The notes below the pieces were generated by a model, which made no database searches, was not told where the DNA came from, and worked only from the letters and a program-made list of their open reading frames with translations. A program made the position numbers and the translations under genes. Source: Babesia bigemina (taxonomy: Eukaryota). From it: a stretch of 64,000 nucleotides of DNA. Positions 36,561-48,779 of the stretch are shown here, one piece after another (the first letter of the stretch is position 1; each line of letters opens with the position of its first letter). The DNA is taken from the NCBI RefSeq assembly GCF_000981445.1, contig NC_027218.1, positions 310,001 to 374,000 on the forward strand, read 5' to 3'.

Positions 36561-38058
36561 ATGGAGCACGAAGAAAATTGTCCGTGGAACCAAAGCCGGC
36601 CACTAATCAATACCTCTATCCAGCGGCCGTGCGAATCGCGTAAGTGCGCTGTGTGGAAAGACCTGAAGAGCTGGTTCGGTTATGTGGGAAGCGGCCTGTC
36701 TAAGCTAGCTTTCGAAGAAGTTTTTCGTGATGTAGCTCATGGAGGCTCAGGGTAAGTGGCGTTTTTACAAGGTTCATATTGATTGAAGGTTATATGAGCG
36801 TATGGCTGTGGAGGGGGGCGATATGCTTCGTGAGGCATCTAGAGCATTTGCCGCCAAAAAAGCGGAAGACAACCAGATTTTGATCTCCGCAGTAAGGTTT
36901 ATTTTTCATGGCGTGCGCCAGAAAAAGGCGCTGGAACTCTTTAAAAAGTTGTTTGTCCAGAAGGAAGTAACAATCATGAATGAGACAAGCCTTTTGAACT
37001 ATTTTGCGAAATCGTACCTTTCAGCGGCACAATTCCTCAATTCACCGCGGTCTGTGTCAAATTACGTTCGGGTCTTGTTATCGTATTCTTTGAATGAGAT
37101 AGCGGGACAGGATTTTCACCGCAAACCTACCGAATGGCTGCCGACTCTGTTACAACATATATATCATTCTCAGACATTCAGACATCTGCAATGCAATTCT
37201 GACAATTTGCTGTTGAGGGACCTGCACCTCATTTTCGATTACAAATATGACTACTTTTTGCCGAGGATTCAGGAATGCTTCGACAATCCCGACGCTGCTC
37301 ATCACGTTAGTTTCGTCGTAGCAGGCTGTAAGCACGATGTTCAGTGCACGCAAACATCTGGAGTCGAATTGCTGTCAAACTTCGCTTCCAAATACTTCTG
37401 CGAGTTGTACAAGGTTTGTGCTTATATAGACATTCTTTTATACGCTGCAGGCTCATTACGGCCATGACAACGCTGCACTTTCCGCGGAATACGCCAATAA
37501 TCAGTCTCGCGAGTTCATACGCAGCAACGCAATTGAAGTTTTTGCTTGCGTCTACATGCGATTACATCTTGTATACATTGGTGAGGAGGTTGACTACATG
37601 AGGCTTCGATCATCACAGGATTGCCGAACGATATTTCTGTGGGTTTATGTTTCCCATTTATAAATGTTCTTAGCAATCTCGTGGGTGCATGTTGGTCAAT
37701 ATCGCAGAAGGAGACGCGTACGGCTTGGATGGCGAATCTCTTTCACTCCCTCCGTCAGGTATTAGCACGGCGTTACCAACTTATAGCATCTCAGGTTCAA
37801 TTGGCAATCACGATGAATGGACTCGTCCATACAGCATCTACCACAGATGAAAACATTCTTGCATCGGGAGATGCAGTACTTGAAAACGCAGCTTCGCATC
37901 CTTTGGATTTCTCCGCCATGTTTTGCAATACGAAACCGGTGCAGGAGGGCGTGAGACCCACGGGTTGCTTCCTTGATAGGGTAGTGGAGAAAACGATGGA
38001 TTTGTTTTCTCGCCCTGACAAAACTTGCGTGGAGCCGGATGTTAGACAAGGTGTGTAA
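36561..38058 (+). CDS. hypothetical helical protein, multi-exon (may splice into the downstream HCF101-like ORF)
   Basis: Consecutive same-strand ORFs 36561-36755, 36802-37467 and 37621-38058 separated by short GT-AG introns. Confidence 0.6.
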
Positions 38059-38063
38059 CTCGG

Positions 38064-39471
38064 GTGAATCCCGATAATGGTACCGCAGACAACACATTGC
38101 CCATACGCGTACAGTATGACCAAGATAGCGGAGATGCAAGCGTACATATTCCCCTTGGTAAATTGGGCGACATGGAACCGGTAAACTACCGGACAGTGCT
38201 CAAGAGAAAGGGTGAGAGGGTCATGGAAATCGCGGTCTCCAACAAGGGCACTCTGCCACTTTTAGACATACAGTTTTAACTTCAGACACACACACATAAA
38301 TTGCCAAATGTATTGGAAGGTTCGCGATATCATTGCCGTTCATGGCTGCAAGGGCGGCGTAGGCAAGTCAACGGTAGCTGCCGGTTTAGCCCTCAGCTTA
38401 AAAAATCATGGCTGTACAGTAGGCATATGCGATCTTGATATATGTGGCCCCAACCTAGCGTATATCCTCGGCGCCGACGATTCTTACGTGAAATGGAGGC
38501 GAGTCGAATTGGAAGACGGGGCCATTAAATATGACTCTCATGTTCCAACTACTTCAATTCAGGCACAGAAGGTTTCCAATGCAGCCGAAAACGTAAGAGT
38601 GTCGCATGACAATGATGGGTTCCCTACAATGGCCTTCGAAAGGGTTGAACCAATCACTACTAGTCTTTTAGAGCCCAAAGTGGTGCACGGCATCAAGTTG
38701 ATGTCTTTTGCCTTCATCAAGTCTAAACAAGAACTAGTAAGTCTACCGTCCAATTACCACTGTGTCGCGATCAACGGAATGCTTTTGAATATGTGATATG
38801 CGTTTCTTCATGTCGTTTGTCTATGGATCACGTGCAGGGGTATGCGGCCTTTAGGGGTCCAGTACTTGACCAAATTGCTTCCGAGTTGCTTCTAAAGACA
38901 GATTGGGGCGAGTTGGATTATCTCATCCTTGATCTCCCCCCCGGAACTGGTGATGTAATCATATCCATTCTGGAGGAAGTTACGCTTTCTGGGTTGGTTG
39001 CGGTCTCAACTCCGCACGGTCTGGGGTAATCCAATAATTGTATACCCTTAATCTTTATTCAGATGTAGCGACCTCATGAGGGGAGTTGGTTTTTTCCGGG
39101 ATCACCAAGTTCCCACATTGTGTCTAGTTGAAAACATGTCATATTTTACCTGCGACGGCTGCAGCAAACTGCATCACCCATTTGGCCAGCCGAAGGTTTC
39201 GTCGATATCTACATCAATAGGCGTGCCAAACTACGTGTGTTTGCCGGTAATGGCCAATAGTGGCCGTTTCGTGGATGAGCTGGCGTCAAACGCGGACGCG
39301 TCGCAAAAATTTTCTGAAATAGCCGAGGCTGTTGTAGCCAACACTTGCTCTACGAAAACAGGTTCGAAGAAACTGAAGAGGTATGCTATTCCTACACGGA
39401 TTTCACACCTTTCAGCCCCTCGCACACGCGTGTTACAGCGAAGCAGTCTTCACCATGCAGCACCACACTAG
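38064..39471 (+). CDS. Mrp/NBP35-family Fe-S cluster carrier ATPase, HCF101-like
   Basis: IIAVHGCKGGVGKSTVA deviant Walker A, DLDICGPNL, RGP, WGELDYLILDLPPGTGD, LVENMSYFTCDGC. The 5' and 3' limits are approximate. Confidence 0.85.
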
Positions 39472-39499
39472 ATTGGTAGTTTATTAGGAAAGAGATTGT

Positions 39500-40550
39500 T
39501 TAACGGTTGGCCTTGGCAACACGCTCTATTTCATCTTTCTTTTTGATGGCATACGAGCTGGGGGACTCTTTGGCACAGTTCATGATTTCGTCAGCAAGGC
39601 ACTCAGCGATGGTCTTAATGTTTCTAAATGCCGCATTTCTCGCACCCGTGCAAATAAGGTATATGGCCTGGTTGACTCTCCTGAGTGGGGACACGTCGAC
39701 AGCCTGTCTGCGCACGACACCGGCTGAGCCGATCCTGGTGGAGTCTTCCCTGGGTCCACCATTTTTGACCGCATCTACGAAGACCTGAATGGGGTTCTGG
39801 TCGGTCATAAGATGGATGATTTCAAAGGCATGCATGACAATCCTAATGGCCTTGAGCTTCTTGCCATTGTTCCTGTGTATGCATGAGACACATCGCATGA
39901 TTCAGAGTTAGTCACGCATACATGTTGCACAATACGATAGTTTGAAATCAGATAGGGGCGAAAATCTATTGCATCGCTTGAAAAGCTCATTTGAACTATT
40001 GATATCATCATTTTTCAACTGACACATGCGCCGCGTTTGGCGTAAGCTTTTGCAACGGTGATAAACGGCTCACAGGCATTTGCACGCTCGTTGGGTGATT
40101 CAGACAAACAACGTATCATTCGCCTATGCGAGCCATCCGGTGGTCCGTCGATTCCACACGAAACGAAGCAAAAACCAACTAAACATACCTGCCGTGCATC
40201 ATCATCGAGTTGACGAGGCGTTCCACAATAGGACAGAGGGTTTTCCTGAAGCGCTTCTTCTGATACCTTCCGGCGGTATGCGGCGTAAATACTCGCGCCT
40301 TCCCTTGGATAGCGATGCAGTCGACCTGGAGAGGGCATGAAATAAAACCTCTTAAGATATAATGATAAAGCACCGCCGCAAAACGCACTAACATAGGAAA
40401 TAAAATGTAAAATATTACCTAAAGAGGGCTACAGCACAATTTGTCGTAACTTAAGGGGAGAAGAACGATGGAGATACTCACCAAGGAGAGGTCAGACAGG
40501 CTAACGCTGTCGTAGGGCCACTTGCGGAACAAAGCCACATCAGCAGTCAT
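39500..40550 (-). CDS. RPS5: 40S ribosomal protein S5 (uS7), 3 exons
   Basis: [29 protein letters not shown]...[37 protein letters not shown]...[14 protein letters not shown]. Confidence 0.97.
39942..40018 (-). ncRNA. intronic box C/D snoRNA, snR60/SNORD80(Z15)-like
   Basis: In RPS5 intron 2: terminal stem TTGAAA/TTTCAA, box C ATGATGA, box D CTGA. The D guide TTTTCGCCCCTAT is complementary to LSU rRNA AUAGGGGCGAAAG. The D' guide ATAGTTCA is complementary to LSU rRNA UGAACUAU. Confidence 0.85.
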
Positions 40551-41368
40551 TTTGAATGACTTGTTGATAATAAAAACGTAAATTCCTGGTAACTGTACAC
40601 CTTTTTACGACGTTGGGTAGCGTACACTGGCGACTCCACCCTGACCCCAATATGATGAACAGGTTTTTCGACCAACTCACTTCTGATGCAGCTCCGCACA
40701 CGATATATTATGAAGGTTTTACCAAATTGTAGCTAAGTGGCGCGTGAGTCCGTCCCGTTTCCGACGTATAGGTCCAACCCAACTGTTGCCCCCCAACAGC
40801 GCTACAACCATCGAAGAGGACTAGTACCGCGACTTTTCATACGGACTCGAACAATTACACAGATCTATTCATTCATTGAGCTGTGTACGACTTTTTCCTC
40901 ATATGGAATTACTTTCTTGTTTCCTATGTGTGTATCTGCTTATCTTTTCGATTTAGCGCGGTGGTGCATAATTGGTACTTTACGACATCATCGGTGATGT
41001 CCTTATAATACTTTTAATAGTTCATAGTTATAAAATCCCAAGTGAAGGGTCACCTTCTTCTTCTTTACCCAGATTGCTGCTGTCTCGCCGTCTAATATGC
41101 TCTATATGCAACCATAATAACTCAATTTACCCATTCTGTATTACACGCCGCAATGTTGGTGATGTTTGGGGCGACATTATGGATATAGGCTAGACGGCGC
41201 TTAATTCTATTTCTTATTTTAGGATTAGTTATTGTTTTACCAGATGTCACTGTTCGTTGCAATTCCACAACGCTCAAGCCTCTGATCTGGGGCTAGTTTA
41301 CTGCGTTAGGTATCGTCATAATAGCTCTGAAACGAGGGTTTGCATTTGGCAACGTTTCGAAAACGCAG

Positions 41369-42141
41369 ATGGTTGGGATCCTGGAGAGGATTAAAAATTT
41401 CAGAAACCGGGAAAGCATCCACATCTTCTTGTGCGGATTGCGTGGATCTGGTAAGACAACTTTGTTATATAAGTCCCTCCTTATGGGTAAGTTTCCTGGG
41501 TTTATGCTTATATGTAAATGAGTAACGCACCATAAATTCTCGCAAAGAAACCCGACGTTCTGCAGTTATTCAATACTATGGCTTTTGTGATTCTTTCATT
41601 TAAACAAAAAACATCACTATTGCTGCTATATTAGATACTTGCAGATTGGGAAGGTATATGCAGCGAGATAGAGCCCACTACGTTGTACCACTACGAGGAG
41701 TTGCATATAAGGGGAAAGCGTTTCAGCATCTGGGATTTCAGTGGAGATGCAAAGGTAACTGCATTAAGTTTTAGAGTTAAACGAGCGTAGGTCAAATGTA
41801 TTCCTGCCTATGTCGCTCGGAGTGTTAATGTTGCCGCCGTAATTTTCGTTGTTAGTGCGACTGAACATGCCGATTCATCATGCAGGGAACTGCTTGATAG
41901 AATACGGAGAATGGACATGGATGATGCATTTTCTAGCTCGTTGTTCGTTATACTTTTAAATAAGATATCTAGCGGCTCTCAATACAACGGTTTGGAAACC
42001 TTTTTAAAGCGCCAACTTTCTGATCCTCACCGCTTTATCTTTGTAGTGGTAAACGTGTTACACGGTTTGAAAGACGCTGCGTGGTTACAATTACTCGATG
42101 CGATTTATGCACATCACAAGAAGACCGTGGCGTCGGCATAA
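41369..42141 (+). CDS. divergent ARF/ARL-like small GTPase, 3 exons
   Basis: MVGILERIKNFRNRESIHIFLCGLRGSGKTTLLYK|...IEPTTLYHYEEL...FSIWDFSG|...AVIFVVSA...FVILLNKIS. Confidence 0.8.
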
Positions 42142-42709
42142 TGGTGCAGGACGATCCGTGAAACATGCTGAGGTATAATCTAACTACAATCACGCCAATG
42201 TCAGAAACGCAACCATTGTGCATTTTAGAGGAACATGTAGTAAAATCCAAGTGTCCGTATCGTGGTTAAGCGACGCATCTTGGATGCGGTTATTGGGCAC
42301 GCATGTAGGATCTGCGTTCCAATACGCTACTTTTTGTGATTTGGCTGGAAGATGTGGCACGCCACATACTACCATTATAATGTATATAAATGAAAAATTG
42401 TTATTGTCCTGTTACCGAATGACAGACCGTCCCAGATTGTGTCGTTCCTTTGTGGGATGGTAATATAATCTCGGTTTCATTCCCATCTCTTATAGTGGGG
42501 TTGCTAGTGCACTAGCATTTACAGGTGTAATAGATCGGCATATTGCGGTAGTTACTGCAATCAATTTCTATATGGCACCCATCATGGGATGCAATCAGAA
42601 AGCGCGTTGGTGCGCTGCGACATATGCGCCAAGCTGACAATTCAGAGTATAATTTAAATTAGAAACGCTTGTTCGATTTTGGCAATTACTTCCGAATGCG
42701 CATCTTTCT

Positions 42710-45700
42710 CTATAAAATGCTTTCTTTGAATATGCCTGTCCGTTTATCTTTGTTGATATGGGCGCTGCGTTTTGTTAGGGGCATTTTCCCCTTCGCCTCA
42801 CGGTTTGGTATAGAATCACTCAACACATTTGTAGCATGTTTCGTTGCAATTGATTCTTCCTTTCCTTGTGTTCTGTTTGGAATTGAACCCATAAGAGCAT
42901 CATCGGCGGAGTTGCATGGGTGCATATTTAAAGAGGTCCTGCGCATTTTAGTTGTGTCATTCTTGCCATTGGATGAAGCGTCAACTCTATTAGCCCGTAT
43001 GTTGGTTTCTGCTATACTTTTTAGAGTGAATTGACCATCACGGGGCGGCGAGTTTTTGTCATCAGACTCGGATGCACCGGTGATGACATCATACGATTTC
43101 GAGGTGCATTCTGCACTAATAGAACCCTTATCCCCATTATTGTTATTATGAATAATATCCATTGCTTCAGTTAAATGCAGTTTCTCATTATTTTTTTGTT
43201 TTGCACCAACACTCACATGCTGAGGGTTTTGTGGTTTTGCAACAGACGTGCTCGAAGTGGCCCCATTTCTGTGACTTTGTACGCCGGAAGGTCCGCCGTC
43301 TCCCTTTATCACATGTGTTTCAGACCTACTGTTGCCCTTATAGTGATGGGAGGTATCCCCACCCGCAGAATTGGGTTCCAGGACAGGATCATTAGCAGGT
43401 GCTGCTCCAAGCGGCACGTAAGTCAGTGCTGAACATTCACTTACCGTATTCGTCGTGTGGGATTTCAGAGATTCACGTCGACTCGGCACTGAATACACAT
43501 TTTCACGCTTCTCATCCGATTTGCCGTGCGATAGAGTGCCCAGCGACACGTTATCTTTACACGAGGGAATTGTTACATGAACTGACGAAGTATGACTTTG
43601 TGTAGATTTCGAATCCCTGCACGGTTCGGGTAGCAGGTCTTCGCGCGGGGTCGGACGCTGATGTATCAAAAAGTTTTCCAACTCAAGAAGATCATATTTC
43701 CCCGGTTTTATATATTCCTTCTCAGAATGGCCACCACAGTTGACATTGTTACATATATCACAGTTTAACTTGTTTGCTTTCATCGGGCGTGTGATACTTT
43801 TGCCTGCGATCGCTATTTCCGCAGACCGCCTAAATTCATCTATCTCCTCGACTGTAAGTTGCAGTTTCTCTTTCAACAATGATAGATAACCACGTTTATT
43901 TTGCTTGTGAGGATTTTGTTCTCTATATCGTCGTTGCACGTTCCTAATTAGAAGTGACATGTTCCGTACTTTCATTCGAAGAAATACAGCACACAATGCA
44001 TATTTCTTGATGCGTTCCAGGCAACTAATAAATTGCATACCGCGATTTAAGCGCATTATCGAGTGATGCTCAAATCGCTCGAAGAATTGCTTGCAATGGT
44101 CAATCTACATTTTATGAGATAAAAAGGAACAACCAACCTCCGCATTTTCTACCATGTAGTGTTTGTGTTTTTCCACCACCTTAACAAACATTTTGAATCT
44201 TACTATATCATCCATACTGGCGACAATGTCAACGTTAAAGTTGTCATGCAGCTTTTGTAGGGTACCAATTGTGACCTCCTTTCGCCTCTTCACCTTGGAG
44301 AAATAATAGTAGATTGCGAATATCAAGGTAAGTCCGATGTTATAGAAAACCATGACAGCAATATCATTGTATAATGCGTGGTATTTGTTGTATTGATAAA
44401 TGGGGAATCTGTTAAATCCCAGGATCGTATTGCATCGCAATCCTGCGAAAAAGTTCTTGAGGCGTTCGACATTGTGACCGAACAGCTGATTTCCTAAAAC
44501 ATTCATAACGGCAAACTCAGAACTCACCGATGATTGACCAGGATACCAGTAATATACCATACTGGTATATCACAACGGACATCGCGAATAGGTTTATGAC
44601 TATGGGGCGTCTGATAACTTCTCCATCTTTATTAAATGAAAAATAGTATTGAGGTAAAAACGCGACAAAACACAAAACTAAAACCACAGCATGCAGAAAT
44701 ATGGCAATTTTGCTCATGACTTCCAGCCTTGATGCTGTTACCAGTAATGAAACCATGACATTAAACTCGCGGCCTGCAACGCAGTCAAGAATGCAACGCA
44801 TGTACTCTACCTTCCAAGAGAATCCTGCCTGCATCTGGCATATATTTGAATGTCAGAAGGAAAATTGTAACAACGTTGGTAACCTCTAAGACAAATATAA
44901 GAGACAGAGAGCATATAGCCGCCTTGGTGTTTAAATTGGCAGAGAAAAATCTCGGAATTTTCCCGACTACGTTATCGTATTTCAAGTCGAATAAGATATA
45001 TATAATCAACAGGATAAACCGAAAAGCGCTGGCGAAAAGCGCTATGATTTCCGGTTTAATGCACAGCGGGTACACGCGTGATCCCACAATGTTGGACACC
45101 CCGACATCTGTTTGCCCGAAATCCAACTACAGCAAGATTGTTACGCATTTACTCATTCTCTCACCTGGGAGTATATGATTTCTGAGTCCGTATTTTGAAA
45201 AATGAGAAACACTCTGAGCTCGATTGTATCAAAATGGCTTGTAATGTCCTGTATGTCTGCTAGTCCTAGCGACATGTATTGCATTGGACCTCCTGATCTT
45301 TTAGCGACCAGGCACAACCACTTAGACGTATATATAGACCTAAGAACACCCTGCAACCATATGCTGAGAGCACCCAGTGATTTCACATGTTGCACGTTAG
45401 TCTGTACTTGTTGCTCCTACAAAGTTTTGTGATCCGTTTGTCCAAAAATACCTGAATGTGGGTTCTAAACCTCACAATATCGGACGCCGGGATCTCAGTG
45501 ATCCAAAGTCTATCGGTAGGGACTTTGAATGGTGCATTGAGGGTGTTGTGCACAGCTTTAATTGAATCCAGGTTTTTCACACCTTTGAAACGAAAAATAA
45601 TCACTACAACGGTTACAATAATGGTAAAAACAGTTACGATGACAAAATGCCATTTGAAACCTGTAATTTTGTGATTTGTAGAGGTTGATTCCACGGTTTC

Positions 45701-46800
45701 TATTTCGTCACCAGCGGATTTCGTCAATTCCTTGGTATCCTCATCGCTGAGCTCTTCACTGTTTTCTCGAAAAACCTTTCCGACATTGCTCATTACTAAA
45801 CACCTGATAATCGGTACCCAGAGAAACCAGTACATCGCATGAACTCCGACATAATGAACAAATGGCAGAATGAACAGTGAAAGGATTGGGATGGTACCTC
45901 TGCTTAGTAGGTTGCAAAAAACCGTGTGGAAGGCATTATTACGCCTGAACACATCAGTCTGCACCTTGTAAATAATAACCAATGCCACCAATAAGAAGAC
46001 GGAAGATGCAACGTGAAGACAGTTTACGATATGGGTACCTGAGCAGACGATGTAGGATTTGTATTGTACAATCCCACCTGCATACCGTGAAGGCAGCGGA
46101 AAGCGTTTTGCGACCTCAATCAATATGAATAATCCCTTACATCCCACCAAAAAATAGGTGTACTTGTTGCGCATGAGCAGGAGCATAATAAGGAGCAAAC
46201 CTCCCATAAGAAATAAAAAAAGCAGATCGCTCCACCCAAATCCGAGATACGTCCTGACATTGTGATTTAGCTCCCACAAGTTCGACTCTTGGAGCGAGAT
46301 GAAGCAGGTAGATTCTGTCGGAGATATTTTCGCATGCAAACATATTTTTACCTCCGTATACCCGTCTCTCAACATTGTAGAGTATTAAAATAAGCTTAAC
46401 ATCTACTTTGGGGTCTAAATCAATTGTATTAGAGTCATTGATGCTCAACAGGTCGATTCTCTCTGCGTTGTATGCTGCGTTGTTGCTTTACATGCCACTA
46501 ACCAGTTTTGGTTTCTAGGAAAAATTCCTCAACCTTATAACCGAAGGGAATTTTATAGAGTTCCACACTATGCAGAATGGACTTGTAGAAGGTTCTGAGG
46601 GAATCCACTTCGTTCTCAGTCACTCGCGATATGTTGTTATAATTTGCAACTTGAATTAGAACGTTGCGAGTCTCATATTGTCCCTTTATCCGTGTGGCAG
46701 AACAAAGAGCAAACCAGTAAAGTATCAAAGAAGCAGTGAACAGCAAGAACTGCGACACATAGGACTTATGCAGTTTTATGTTATGAGCCAGATTACACAT
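42710..46800 (-). CDS. large multi-pass membrane protein, possibly polycystin/TRP-like channel; multi-exon
   Basis: A chain of minus-strand ORFs (46498-46800, 45383-46375, 44785-45126, 44517-44834, 44105-44560, 42710-44056) with many transmembrane segments and a low-complexity tail. The gene is well supported; the channel identity is tentative. Confidence 0.65.
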
Positions 46801-47091
46801 CTGTCTAAGTATCTGCGGCTAGGCGTCGGCCGCAATGGACTATGCCTGCCACCTCCACCGCGTTTATATCATACTTTTATCATTGTATATTAACGTTTAC
46901 CATAGTGTGCGTTGTTGACTTGCATCAGCAAGTTGCCGTGTGCGGCATCTCACCGATCCCACAGATGTGCAGAGGTAGACAAAGCATACAGATCCAGCTC
47001 TGTCTCTCCACACGGCGTATTTATGTATAATATGTTTTAACATATTACGTAGCCATAACTTATTATTAATTCTACTTTTGCGTGCCTCTGG

Positions 47092-47304
47092 ATGGGTTCT
47101 GCTTTGTCTACCGGATCATCCCCCTGCCAACCGGCTGCAGTGGCCCCTGCTTTCTCAAAATCTGGCAAACACATATGCTGTGTATGTAAGGAAACTAAAG
47201 CGGCTAGGGACGAATGTATCGCACAGAAGGGTGAAGATCAGTGCAGGCACTTAATTGAGTTGCACAACCAATGCCTTCGCAACGAAGGTTTCGATGTGAA
47301 ATGA
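47092..47304 (+). CDS. COX17: cytochrome c oxidase copper chaperone
   Basis: ICCVCKETKAARDEC...QCRHLIELHNQCLRNEGF: CCxC followed by twin CX9C. Confidence 0.95.
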   Translation: MGSALSTGSSPCQPAAVAPAFSKSGKHICCVCKETKAARDECIAQKGEDQCRHLIELHNQCLRNEGFDVK

Positions 47305-47453
47305 CGTATTAACATTCTTCGTTTGGTTTCGCGCTATTCTAAAGTAGTCCCTTGCCCCCTTATAACCTCCGCATGATTGTATTGTCATATTTTTGAGTTG
47401 CGACGCTGGAAATATCATATTCATTAATCGCTAGTACCGTTAGTGTTTGCAAA

Positions 47454-48251
47454 ATGGCGTCAATTCTTACTATGAACTTGCCCTCCGACGACGAGGCTGA
47501 TTCGGATTACTCTCTTTCAGAACCCTCCTCAGGGGACGAGCGTGAGGTTAAGAAGACTAAGAGGCAACTTAAGCGTGAGTTGCTGTTGGAAAAGCAGCGC
47601 CAAGACCTTAAGAATAAAGTTGACGCCTTATTTGGTGACATGATGCAAGAGAGCGATAAGGCCTACCGTCATAAGCAAACTGTGAAGGCTACGGATTTTA
47701 TGCTACAGTTCCACAAAAAGGATTATTCGTCTCTCGGGCCACAGAATAGACGCATTGGCGAGCTGGAAAATTTCGTGACCCTATCAAGCAGTAGCGTATT
47801 TGAAGAGCAACAAACCCTAGATATTTGCGAGTTCAAAGAGCAATGCCGAAACACCCCAGATTCCGAGAAATTGGAATTGATTCATCGGGCAGTAAAAGAC
47901 GCAGATAAAGTCGAGCCATCGACTATTGCAAAGACGTATAAATTTGCGGGAAAGACGTACACTGTCAAAGAGCACGTAGACAAATCGTCCAAAAAGTACA
48001 AGCAATTTGCAAAAAAACAGCGGATGGCGGTAGGAGGCTCGCTTTCGTTTATTGATGATATGGTGCATGAGCTAGATAGTGCGCCCAAGATTTCAGCCAT
48101 TAGAAAATCTGAGGCCGATTGGAACCAGTACAAGGATGAAAACAAGATTGATACGCTCCATAAAGATCACAGATTCCTCAAGGAGCAAGACTTTCTTCAT
48201 CGCGCACAATGGAAAGAACATGACAACTATCTACATGTGCGCCGTCAATAA
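47454..48251 (+). CDS. BCNT/CFDP1 (SWC5)-family protein
   Basis: Acidic N-terminus SDDEADSDY; YKFAG; BCNT-C motif KISAIRKSEADWNQYK...FLKEQDFLHR. Confidence 0.85.
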   Translation: MASILTMNLPSDDEADSDYSLSEPSSGDEREVKKTKRQLKRELLLEKQRQDLKNKVDALFGDMMQESDKAYRHKQTVKATDFMLQFHKKDYSSLGPQNRRIGELENFVTLSSSSVFEEQQTLDICEFKEQCRNTPDSEKLELIHRAVKDADKVEPSTIAKTYKFAGKTYTVKEHVDKSSKKYKQFAKKQRMAVGGSLSFIDDMVHELDSAPKISAIRKSEADWNQYKDENKIDTLHKDHRFLKEQDFLHRAQWKEHDNYLHVRRQ

Positions 48252-48503
48252 ATTTGGCGATGTGCGAAGCATTGCGGAATCTCATTTCAGTTGCTTGTCG
48301 CCCTTGTTTGTCTAGGTGCCACAAAATTTTCTGCTTACGTCCGAACCAAACAAAAACTGAATGGTTATAAAAGTTACAGTACCGTGTAAACATTTTCATG
48401 TGTGTTTTGTCATGATACGTACTCCCCCGTACAGCCTGAGCTACGTTGGATTCAATTTTTTGTTTGGGTTGTTTTTCTAGTATATCCCCCAAAACTCTTG
48501 CAA

Positions 48504-48779
48504 TATTCGGCTCCATGTGACAATTAGCTATTCAGTGTCCTCTTCTTCGCTATTAAAAGGTAACGTAGGGGGCTAACTGCAGGTGACTATAGCGTGCCCC
48601 TAGGACGCTGGGAATGTATACCCCAGCGCCAGTTCCTCGTGGCTCTCTCTTGCAAGAAGCGCCTCAGTTTTAATTGTCCAGCCTCTACGGCCGTCACCAC
48701 ACGTTTGTGGATTTTGGCGAGTATGTTCCAAAGCTGCCAATGGGATGTGTCCACTGCGCCTTACAACCTCACCAGAGGG
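48504..48779. repeat. dispersed 276-bp element, copy 2
   Basis: 274/276 identical to 30295-30570. Confidence 0.95.

Noticed and set aside
40652..40715. Second C/D snoRNA (ATGATGA...CTGA) upstream of RPS5
   Set aside because: No terminal stem and no guide I can match to rRNA.
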